From: Bacteroidales bacterium
Lineage (GTDB): Bacteria; Bacteroidota; Bacteroidia; Bacteroidales; UBA932
Length of the DNA stretch: 37,437 nt
Assembly: GCA_009784635.1 (NCBI GenBank)
Contig: WRBG01000001.1
Coordinates: 1-37,437, forward strand
Direction of reading: 5' to 3'
A program made the position numbers and the translations under genes. Below the pieces are notes generated by a model. It was not told the origin of the DNA, did no database searches, and was given only the letters and a program-made list of their open reading frames with translations. Below are positions 28,186 to 35,949 of the stretch, piece by piece; the stretch's first letter is position 1; each line of letters begins with the position of its first letter.

Positions 28186-30018
28186 TTAGAAAATAGCTTT
28201 AACCGCGGTTACTACCTCGACTACGGTAAATGGTTGTCCTTGCACTTTATTGCATTGCAAATAGTTAAATCGAGTAAACTTGGTGCGCAGATAGTCTGCA
28301 AAATGTCCGCTGTTCAACTCGCAAACTATGATTTTTTTGAATCTGGCCAACACTTCTTCGGTATTCTTGGGGAGGGGATTGATGTAATCAAAATGAGCCA
28401 AGCCCGCGCTTTTACCCTCGGCCAGCAAGTGCTGAAGCGCCGAATAAAGATGTCCAAAAGTGCCGCCCCAGCCCACTATCAATACCTCGCCGCTTTGGTT
28501 GCCTATCACTTCCTGCAAAGGAATAAAGTCTGCCATTTTGGCTACTTTGGCCGCCCGCTCTTTGACCATACGCTCGTGTACCAAGGGGTCGGAAGACACG
28601 CTGCCGTTGGTGTCCTTTTCCAAACCGCCCACCCGATGCTCCAAGCCCGAAGTCCCCGGCAAGGCCCACTGACGCGCAAAACGCTTCTCATCGCGCTTAA
28701 ACGGCTGGTAAGCGCCCTCTGTTTGGGTAATAATCGGAGGGTGTATATCGGGATAATCGCTCATGTTGGGAATCCTCCAAGGCTCCGAGCCATTGCCCAA
28801 GAAGCCTTCTGTGAGCAATATCACCGGCATCATGTGTTCCATGGCGTATTTGCCTGCATAAAAAGCGGATTCAAAACAATGGGAGGGAGAACGCGCAGCA
28901 ATGGTGGCAATGGGACACTCTCCGTTGCGGCCATACAGCGCTTGGTACAGGTCGGTTTGCTCGGTTTTGGTGGGAATACCGGTAGAGGGGCCGCTGCGCT
29001 GTACGTTCACCACCACCAAAGGCAATTCGGTAATCATGGCCAAACCTAAAGCTTCTGACTTTAAAGAGAGGCCGGGGCCGGAAGTGGTGGTTACGGCAAA
29101 GTTGCCTGCATAGGCGGCGCCTATGGCGGTACATATTCCGGCGATTTCATCTTCGCATTGCAGGCTTTTTACGCCCAAATCTTTGCGCAAAGACAATTCT
29201 TCTAAAATACCGGTGGCCGGAGTAATGGGATAGGAACCGCAAAAGAGGGGAAGCCCCGCTTTTTCCGCGGCGGCAATCAAACCCCAAGCAGTGGCTTGGT
29301 TTCCGTTAATGTTCCTGTAGGTTCCTTTGGGCAATGGGGCCGGTTGCACGTAGTAGGTATTGGCTATGGCGTGTATGTTGCCGGCATAATGGTATCCATC
29401 TCTGAGTACCTTTTTGTTGACTTCGGCTATGGAGGGTTTTTTCTTGAACTTATCGTCAAAATAAGCCTCGGTATAATCCAAAGTACGGTTAAACAGGTAG
29501 TAACAAATTCCCAAAGCGAACATGTTTTTGCACCTCACAATGGCTTTTGCATCCATCCCGCTGTCTTTAAGGCTTTCCTTGGTAAGCGAAGTGATGGGCG
29601 CAAAAATAATGTTCCTGTCCTGCATGTTTAATTCCGTTATGGGGTCTGCGGTCTTAAATCCCGCCCGCTCCAATCCAACCTCGTCAAAGGTATCGGCGTC
29701 CAAAATAACGGTAGCCGTAGGCTTGGCCCATTTTGCATTGGTTTTAAGGGCAGCCGGATTCATGGCCACCAAAACGTCACAAAAATCTCCGGGCGTAGTA
29801 ATCCTACCGCTGCCAATATGCACCTGAAACCCCGATACGCCGGCGAGCGAGCCATGGGGGGCGCGAATCTCTGCCGGAAAATCGGGAAAGGTGGATATGT
29901 CGTTGCCAAACAATGCCGATGTATCGGCAAACAAAGTACCCGTAAGCTGCATACCATCGCCGGAATCTCCAACAAATCTAATGGCAACCTCGTGTACATC
30001 AATTACTTTATGCTGCAT
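28186..30018 (-). CDS. korA: 2-oxoacid:ferredoxin oxidoreductase alpha subunit (fused gamma-alpha type)
   Basis: 610 aa. N-terminal gamma-like block VGDSGDGMQLTG, then the alpha-domain motif GSYPITPAT. Confidence 0.8.
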   Translation of the reverse strand: MQHKVIDVHEVAIRFVGDSGDGMQLTGTLFADTSALFGNDISTFPDFPAEIRAPHGSLAGVSGFQVHIGSGRITTPGDFCDVLVAMNPAALKTNAKWAKPTATVILDADTFDEVGLERAGFKTADPITELNMQDRNIIFAPITSLTKESLKDSGMDAKAIVRCKNMFALGICYYLFNRTLDYTEAYFDDKFKKKPSIAEVNKKVLRDGYHYAGNIHAIANTYYVQPAPLPKGTYRNINGNQATAWGLIAAAEKAGLPLFCGSYPITPATGILEELSLRKDLGVKSLQCEDEIAGICTAIGAAYAGNFAVTTTSGPGLSLKSEALGLAMITELPLVVVNVQRSGPSTGIPTKTEQTDLYQALYGRNGECPIATIAARSPSHCFESAFYAGKYAMEHMMPVILLTEGFLGNGSEPWRIPNMSDYPDIHPPIITQTEGAYQPFKRDEKRFARQWALPGTSGLEHRVGGLEKDTNGSVSSDPLVHERMVKERAAKVAKMADFIPLQEVIGNQSGEVLIVGWGGTFGHLYSALQHLLAEGKSAGLAHFDYINPLPKNTEEVLARFKKIIVCELNSGHFADYLRTKFTRFNYLQCNKVQGQPFTVVEVVTAVKAIF

Positions 30019-30080
30019 ATGTGTTTATAGTTAAAAAAGTAGACTCAATCAAAATATAGAACAGTTTATTAGTAAACGGT

Positions 30081-30088
30081 GCAAATTT
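30081..30088 (-). promoter_or_regulatory. Candidate -7 box (TAaaTTTG) for korA-korB(-gdhA)
   Basis: Plus-strand CAAATTTA equals minus-strand TAAATTTG, about 63 nt upstream of the korA ATG in a 149-nt AT-rich spacer. No matching -33 TTTG at the expected distance, so this is motif-only support. Confidence 0.3.
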
Positions 30089-30167
30089 AAATAAATTTTG
30101 TAATCCACCGTCATTTTTCTGCTTATAGTTATAAACAATTTGCTGAATGTTTCCGGAGGCCTTTTTG

Positions 30168-31487
30168 TTACTGTTCGCTAAAAATCTTCTTCAAAGGCAG
30201 GAACAGCCGCTCAAGCAGCCGCAGGTCCTCGGTAACGATTTCTGCCGTGGCATACATTTCTTGGTAAAAGGGCAATTCCCTGCCGTAGGTAGTCATCAGC
30301 TTATGGGGAAAACCGACTTCCAAGGTATAGAAGTCGCCCGAAGGCACTACCGAAATATTGCCCACCACGCCCCGCACAATGCCGTATTCCGTGTCGGGGA
30401 AATTCAAAAAACGGACATTGACCGACTGACCGGGTTTTACCTTGCCCGAGCCGGCAATAGGCAATTGGGCTTTGCCGACTATTTGTCCGGTGGTTTGGGG
30501 AATGATGGTAAAGACCGTTTCGCCGGCAGTGATGTTTTGGTTTACGTTCCAGAATTTGCTGACGTCCACCGTGCCGTCCACAGGCGTTTTGAGTACGTAG
30601 GTCATCTCCCATATATTAAAGGCGTTCATGAGGTTGTCCAATCCGGCTTTTACCTCTGCCTGCAACTGCCCCGATTTTTCCAACTCCTGCAACCTCAAAT
30701 CGAGGATGGATTGCCGTAACTGGTCAATTTGTATATGGGCGTTGTCCAAGGCTATTCGGGACGACTCCAAACCATACCTGCTTTGCAGGAAACTCATGAC
30801 AATGGCGTCGTGTTCTGCGTCCGAAATCATTTTTTGGACGTGTAGGCTTGAATCCCGTACATATTGCCGGTGCGCCAGCGCGTACTGTTGCTGCACTACT
30901 TGGTACTGCTTCTGTAGTTTCTCAAGGTATTGCTGCTGTTTCAAGATTTGTTCCTCCATGGCGGCAATCCGCCGAGGATAATAGTTTAGCTCGGCAAACA
31001 GGCGATAATGACCGGCCGCGCGGATAAAGCCCGTATAGGAAGCCTGTATGTCGCCCAATTCGTATTTGCGGTTAAGTTCGTCCGACGTAAAATGAATATG
31101 GTTGCCGCCCATCATCTCATGCCACGCCTCCAACTGCGCCCTCAACGCTCCAACGTCATCGCTGTTTGCCGGATTCTCAACCACAGCCAAATAATCGGAT
31201 GCTTGTACCGACTGCTTGTCTGTCACCAACATTCTGGTGATTTTGCCATTGACGCGGGCGTTGACCTGCACCGGCGGATTGTGGGATGTTACCAATATGG
31301 GCGCCTCAATAATGTCCGGATATTTATAGAACCAACTGCCTGCAAACAATGTAATTACTATTACAACCAGCACGCTAATCCCACTCCGTAATATCCAAGG
31401 CGGAACCCATCCCAATACTTCCTGTACTTCCTCGCTGCGGAGTTCGGGCAACTTTTTAACGCCTACTATTTCTTTCTTAGTTCCCAA
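30168..31487 (-). CDS. HlyD-family membrane fusion/secretion adaptor protein
   Basis: 439 aa. N-terminal TM helix (ISVLVVIVITLFAGSWF), a long Gln/Leu-rich coiled-coil middle and a beta-barrel-like C-terminus. The start overlaps the ABC gene end by 11 nt. Confidence 0.8.
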   Translation of the reverse strand: MGTKKEIVGVKKLPELRSEEVQEVLGWVPPWILRSGISVLVVIVITLFAGSWFYKYPDIIEAPILVTSHNPPVQVNARVNGKITRMLVTDKQSVQASDYLAVVENPANSDDVGALRAQLEAWHEMMGGNHIHFTSDELNRKYELGDIQASYTGFIRAAGHYRLFAELNYYPRRIAAMEEQILKQQQYLEKLQKQYQVVQQQYALAHRQYVRDSSLHVQKMISDAEHDAIVMSFLQSRYGLESSRIALDNAHIQIDQLRQSILDLRLQELEKSGQLQAEVKAGLDNLMNAFNIWEMTYVLKTPVDGTVDVSKFWNVNQNITAGETVFTIIPQTTGQIVGKAQLPIAGSGKVKPGQSVNVRFLNFPDTEYGIVRGVVGNISVVPSGDFYTLEVGFPHKLMTTYGRELPFYQEMYATAEIVTEDLRLLERLFLPLKKIFSEQ

Positions 31488-33681
31488 GTTCCAACTGATT
31501 TTTTACCAATTCATAATAAATGCCGCGCCGGTTGGCCAACTCTTCGTGCGTGCCCTGTTCGGCAACCTTTCCCTTGTCTAATACCACAATGTTGTCCGCA
31601 TTCCGAACAGTGCTTAGGCGATGCGCCACCACCACCACCGTCCTGCCTCGGTAAAACTTTTCGAGCCGCTCCATAATTTCCCGCTCATTCTTTGCGTCGA
31701 GCGAATTGGTGGCTTCGTCAAAGAAAATAAACTCCGGATTCTGATACACCGCACGGGCAATCAGAATGCGTTGTCGCTGCCCTTGACTTATGCCGTTGCC
31801 TTCCATACCGATTTTGGTATTGTAGCCCAAGGGAAGGGCGTCAATAAAATCCCCGATGTTGGCCATGGAGGTCGCCTCTACCAACCGTTCCTTATTCATA
31901 AGTTCGTCGCTCACGGCAATATTGTTGGCAATGGTATCCGAAAAAATGAAGCCGTCTTGAAGCACCGCCGCCGTTTTGGCCCGCCACACATGGGGGTTGA
32001 TGTTCTGAAGGCTTGTTTCTCCGATTTTGATGCTGCCCTTATTGGGCGGATAAAACCCCAGCATGAGCTTTACCAATGTGGTTTTTCCACTCCCGCTGGC
32101 CCCCACAATAGCCGTTACGCGGTTCTGCGGAACCGTGAGGCTGATGCCGTCCAACACATAATCGCGGTCGGCGCCGTCATAACTGAAATACAAGTCGTTG
32201 ATATGAATGGACTTGTCCTTGGGCAAGGAAGTCATGCTTGCGGCGCTTTGCTGGTCTTCGTCCTGTTTCAAATGCACTTCGCCCAAGCGTTCAAGGCTGA
32301 TTTTTGCATCCTGCCAAGCGCGGGCAAAACTGATAAACTGCTCGATGGGCGCGCTCACCTGTCCCACTATATAGGTCAGCGACATCATCATTCCAAGGGT
32401 CATCTGCCCGTCCACCACCGCCTTGGCCGCAATAAACGAAATCAAGATGCCCGTAGTCTGTCCAAAAAATACCGACCCCAATTGCTGGTACTGACCCAAC
32501 GCCATACCTTGTATACTGATTTTAAATTGCTTAACCTTAATGCGCTCCCATTCCCAGCGTTTTTGTTTCTCGCAATTGTTGAGTTTGATTTCCTGCATTC
32601 CGGTAATCAATTGCACAATATTACTCTGATTGGCAGACGCTTGTGCAAAACGCTTAAAGTCCAATTTGCGACGCCAGCGCATGAACGACAGCACCCAAAG
32701 CACATACAGCGTATTCCCGACCAAGAACACCATCAATACCATCAAGTTATAATACGCAAGGATGGCGCCGAAGACGAAGAAGTTGAACAGCGAAAAGATG
32801 ATGTTGAACGACGAACCGGTAAGGAAGGATTCAATGCGCCCATGGTCGCCAATCCGCTGCATAATATCGCCCACCATTTTTGTATCGAAGTAATTCATAG
32901 GCAACCGCATCAGCTTTGCCAAAAAATCCGATATAAGCGCTATGTTGATGCGGGTATTCATGTGGAGCATAATCCAACCGCGAATCAAATCAACCGAAAG
33001 CCGCGCCACAAACAGCACCAACTGCGCAATCAAAATCAAGGTGATAAAACTCAAGTTATGGTTGCGGATACCGTTGTCTACCAGCGCTTGGGTAAGGAAG
33101 GGGAAAATCATCTGCAACAAACTGCCCGCGAGCATGCCCAAGGCCAACTGTATCAACTGAGACTTGTAGGGACGCAGGTAGCGGAAGAAGAATCCAATAT
33201 TCTTATCATCAGCCTTTTTCTCATCGTCCATATCGTAAAACTCCGGCCCGGGTTGCAGGGCAAGCACCGTACCGCAATCTTTGCCCTCGACCTTGGTAAC
33301 GCCCCAGCAACGCATAAATTCTTTCTCGTTGTATGTCGCTAATCCGCGTGCAGGGTCGGCAACGTAGACCATGGTTTTACCTCCTTTGCGCTTTTTGACT
33401 TTATACACCACCACAAAATGGTTCTGATTCCAGTGGGCGATACAGGGCAAAGGCACATCGTTGCACAGTTGTTCAAAATTGATTTTCACCCCTGTGGTAC
33501 GGAATCCTATGGTTTCGGCCGCATCGCTGATGCCCAGCATACTCACGCCCTCCCGCGTAATAAAACTCCGCTGCCGCAGGGTTTGCAGGGTATAGCTGCG
33601 GCCATAATACTTGGCCACCATGCGCAGACAGGCAGGACCGCAGTCCATGGCGTCTAACTGGAGGGTAAAGGGAAAGCGCAT
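31477..33681 (-). CDS. Peptidase C39-containing ABC transporter (bacteriocin/double-glycine peptide exporter)
   Basis: 734 aa. C39 motifs QLDAMDCGPACL (catalytic Cys) and NHFVVVY (His). A six-helix TMD, then Walker A GASGSGKTT, signature ISQGQRQRI, Walker B IFFDEATNSLD and H-loop VAHRL. Confidence 0.92.
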   Translation of the reverse strand: MRFPFTLQLDAMDCGPACLRMVAKYYGRSYTLQTLRQRSFITREGVSMLGISDAAETIGFRTTGVKINFEQLCNDVPLPCIAHWNQNHFVVVYKVKKRKGGKTMVYVADPARGLATYNEKEFMRCWGVTKVEGKDCGTVLALQPGPEFYDMDDEKKADDKNIGFFFRYLRPYKSQLIQLALGMLAGSLLQMIFPFLTQALVDNGIRNHNLSFITLILIAQLVLFVARLSVDLIRGWIMLHMNTRINIALISDFLAKLMRLPMNYFDTKMVGDIMQRIGDHGRIESFLTGSSFNIIFSLFNFFVFGAILAYYNLMVLMVFLVGNTLYVLWVLSFMRWRRKLDFKRFAQASANQSNIVQLITGMQEIKLNNCEKQKRWEWERIKVKQFKISIQGMALGQYQQLGSVFFGQTTGILISFIAAKAVVDGQMTLGMMMSLTYIVGQVSAPIEQFISFARAWQDAKISLERLGEVHLKQDEDQQSAASMTSLPKDKSIHINDLYFSYDGADRDYVLDGISLTVPQNRVTAIVGASGSGKTTLVKLMLGFYPPNKGSIKIGETSLQNINPHVWRAKTAAVLQDGFIFSDTIANNIAVSDELMNKERLVEATSMANIGDFIDALPLGYNTKIGMEGNGISQGQRQRILIARAVYQNPEFIFFDEATNSLDAKNEREIMERLEKFYRGRTVVVVAHRLSTVRNADNIVVLDKGKVAEQGTHEELANRRGIYYELVKNQLELGN

Positions 33682-33700
33682 GAGGGGTTAGGTTAAATGT

Positions 33701-34477
33701 TTAGGAACGCGAAGATAGGAATTTTATTTGGATTTCCTGTTTTGAGCTGCTTTCTGTCTTAAATCGTTCGTACGATGATATTCTTTTTTGTGCAGATGAG
33801 GCAAACGAACTGTTCATCGCCCTTGGATGCGAGAGGTGGAATAAGCACGTATCTACCCAATGTGTCTTGAAACCAAGCCGTTCAAAGCGATAGCACCTGT
33901 CAAAATCATCGTCTCCCCAGCCGTAGTGCTTTTCATTTTCCATGCCTGCGTAGATATATTTCTCCCTGTTTACCAATACCGCCCCCCCGACCAAACTACG
34001 GTGGTGCAGTAACTCCATTTTGTCCATATGCCGATAAAGAACGCGGATATCCTTTCGCTTCATAAAAAGAGTGCGGAGTATTTCGGATGTATTGTAACAT
34101 GTTCCATTATACGGCCAAGCAACATCTGCCGTTTGGTTGCGCAGCATAGTTACCGCTTCAAGTACTGCTTTCTTGTCTACCACCACATCGGTATCCCAGA
34201 TGGCTATGTACGGAGTGGCTACATTAGGCGTCATGGCGTTAAAACGCCGCGTCTTGTACAGCACGGGGTCTTTATCTTCTTTAAACAGATAGTTTATTTT
34301 TCTGTTTAGCAATCTTTTAAGAACTTGATTATTGTAACCGGATGCTTCAACTACAGTTACATTCGTGTCGAAATACTTGAGCAAGGCCTCCGTTACCGTT
34401 AGCGTATTTTCTAATCGTTGTACCGAATCAAGCCGTACCAAAATGAGGAATGTTATGTCCTTTAAATCTACCTTCAT
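33701..34477 (-). CDS. GT-A fold glycosyltransferase, beta-1,4-galactosyltransferase-like (GT2/GT7C-type motifs)
   Basis: 258 aa from the internal Met MKVDLKDITFLILV. DxD motif IAIWDTDVVV, and HYGWGDDDFDRCYRFERLGF resembles the WGxEDDD..R block of beta4GalT-type enzymes. The track ORF start at 34531 would overlap the upstream gene. Confidence 0.65.
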   Translation of the reverse strand: MKVDLKDITFLILVRLDSVQRLENTLTVTEALLKYFDTNVTVVEASGYNNQVLKRLLNRKINYLFKEDKDPVLYKTRRFNAMTPNVATPYIAIWDTDVVVDKKAVLEAVTMLRNQTADVAWPYNGTCYNTSEILRTLFMKRKDIRVLYRHMDKMELLHHRSLVGGAVLVNREKYIYAGMENEKHYGWGDDDFDRCYRFERLGFKTHWVDTCLFHLSHPRAMNSSFASSAQKRISSYERFKTESSSKQEIQIKFLSSRS

Positions 34478-34482
34478 ATCTT

Positions 34483-35949
34483 TTACGCATGTTTTGATTT
34501 TGCATCGGTTAGCGCCATGAATACACCGCAAAGTCCGGAAAACAGCCCTCTATTCCGCATCAAGTACTCCGGTTCGCGTTCCACTAAAGTCCATATATCA
34601 GACGATTCTATCTTGTCGATTATTTTGGTGGTCCATTGCTGCACATCATTTTCCGAAAAGTATTTTTGCAAGGCAGACAGCAACAGGTAGACTCCGGAAG
34701 CACCACCGTCTATGTAGATATTCCTGCTCCTTAATTCTTCATCAAGAATCATATTGACGTCGAGCCTGTCTTTAAGCAGTTGGATATGACTACTCCATCC
34801 GCCTACATCAATGTGCCGCATTACCGAATCCATACCCCACATCAAGAACAATCGGTTGGCATGAAGTCGTGGGAGCATAGACAGCACGTACATGCCGACA
34901 TCTTCCAATATCTTAACTATGCGGTAATTATAAAAATTTAACTCATATATCCTGCCAAGCACAAACAGAAATTGTGGCAACAGGTAGTTAAATCCGTAAA
35001 GTGGCGGTTCTTCAAAAAATGAAGCATCTGCTTTTTGATAGATATGGTTTACCGTTGCAATTATCAATTCTCGATAGAGGTACTCCGATTCGCTTCCCTC
35101 CTTTTGGTCATTAATCCGGAGGCACAAGTAATATAGAATCTGAATGAGTGACAGTGAGTTGATATTGTCCAAGTAAATTGAATAGCTCAACTGCTTGAAT
35201 ATCGCATTATCCACATCGCCAAGTATCTCGTTGGGACTCCCTTTGGCGTGGGACTCCTTTAGCAGGTAGCGAATAGCCAGCCCTATTCCCGCCAATCCAT
35301 TCATCAGATCTATACTCCTTGTTTGAGAGGCCTCATTAAAAACCTCCTCCAACAGGTTTTCGGCTACTTCCTGATACTTCTTGTTCTTTTCATGCCTCGC
35401 CAGCCAAAAGGCAAAGAGGCAAAAGCCCATTTTCCCGTTTGCCAAGCCTAAGGGGGCATCTTGGCTAAAGGAACTCATTAGGCGGTCCTTTAACGAAGGT
35501 GTTTCCAATAGTTGGTAGTGCGCAGCATCCCACCCAATTCCGAATTGATTCAATGGTTTCCATGCCCCTCCCCATTCAAGCCCTGCTTCGATACCCAGTC
35601 GACCAAAGGAAAGCCACAATTGGGCATTTTCCTCGGTAATCGCCCAAGGGATACTGCCATCGGCTAATATCGGTACAATATCGGCAGCAACTCCGTCTTG
35701 GTGAAGAGTGTGTCTAACTTTTGTAATAATTTGTTTCGCTTTTTCTGCGTCAAGTAAGTGCAGTCCAGCTATTTTGCGAAGACGGTTGATTTCTTCTATG
35801 CTCTCCCTGCCTTGGGCGTAATAAGCATCTTGAACTTCTTGTGTGCGAATGGTTTCAAGAATAAGGTATCGCAATCCGTTCCTGTCAAGCACAGAAAGAA
35901 ATGCTTCAAATATCGGTTGCGCTTCTGGCTTTAATAAATTGATTTTCAT
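34483..35949 (-). CDS. Fusion protein: N-terminal M15 (VanY/endolysin-type) zinc peptidase plus C-terminal LanC-like alpha/alpha-repeat domain
   Basis: 488 aa. The N-terminal ~150 aa carry ETIRTQEVQ, the H-x6-D motif TLHQDGVAADIVP, WGGAW and GWDAAHYQL, a complete M15 zinc ligand set. The C-terminal ~320 aa carry spaced Gly-rich helix starts resembling LanC repeats: GLANGKMGFCLFAFWL, NGLAGIGLAIRYL, DGGASGVYLLLSAL and GLFSGLCGVFMAL. The canonical CHG zinc motif was not found. No signal peptide. Confidence 0.55.
   Translation of the reverse strand: MKINLLKPEAQPIFEAFLSVLDRNGLRYLILETIRTQEVQDAYYAQGRESIEEINRLRKIAGLHLLDAEKAKQIITKVRHTLHQDGVAADIVPILADGSIPWAITEENAQLWLSFGRLGIEAGLEWGGAWKPLNQFGIGWDAAHYQLLETPSLKDRLMSSFSQDAPLGLANGKMGFCLFAFWLARHEKNKKYQEVAENLLEEVFNEASQTRSIDLMNGLAGIGLAIRYLLKESHAKGSPNEILGDVDNAIFKQLSYSIYLDNINSLSLIQILYYLCLRINDQKEGSESEYLYRELIIATVNHIYQKADASFFEEPPLYGFNYLLPQFLFVLGRIYELNFYNYRIVKILEDVGMYVLSMLPRLHANRLFLMWGMDSVMRHIDVGGWSSHIQLLKDRLDVNMILDEELRSRNIYIDGGASGVYLLLSALQKYFSENDVQQWTTKIIDKIESSDIWTLVEREPEYLMRNRGLFSGLCGVFMALTDAKSKHA

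Noticed and set aside
27459-29049. Plus-strand ORFs of 231 aa and 308 aa antisense to korB and korA, and a 190-aa one (30147-30719) antisense to the HlyD gene
   Set aside because: They are shadow ORFs opposite well-supported genes, with Arg/His/Gly-rich composition and no motifs.
31621-33342. 573-aa plus-strand ORF antisense to the C39-ABC transporter gene
   Set aside because: The opposite strand encodes a full-length ABC exporter with every canonical motif. The antisense product is His/Arg/Gln-rich with no motif, so it is a shadow ORF.
34478-34531. 18-codon N-terminal extension of the GT-A gene (MRCIHGANRCKIKTCVKD)
   Set aside because: It would overlap the 3' end of the upstream fusion gene by 49 nt. 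The Met at 34477 starts right before the first beta-strand (ITFLILV) typical of GT-A folds.
34483-35949. Interpretation as a canonical class I lanthipeptide cyclase (LanC) gene cluster
   Set aside because: No LanB/LanM/LanKC dehydratase and no precursor peptide are in the window, and the LanC zinc-ligand motifs (WCxG, CHG) are not evident. I therefore call it only LanC-like.
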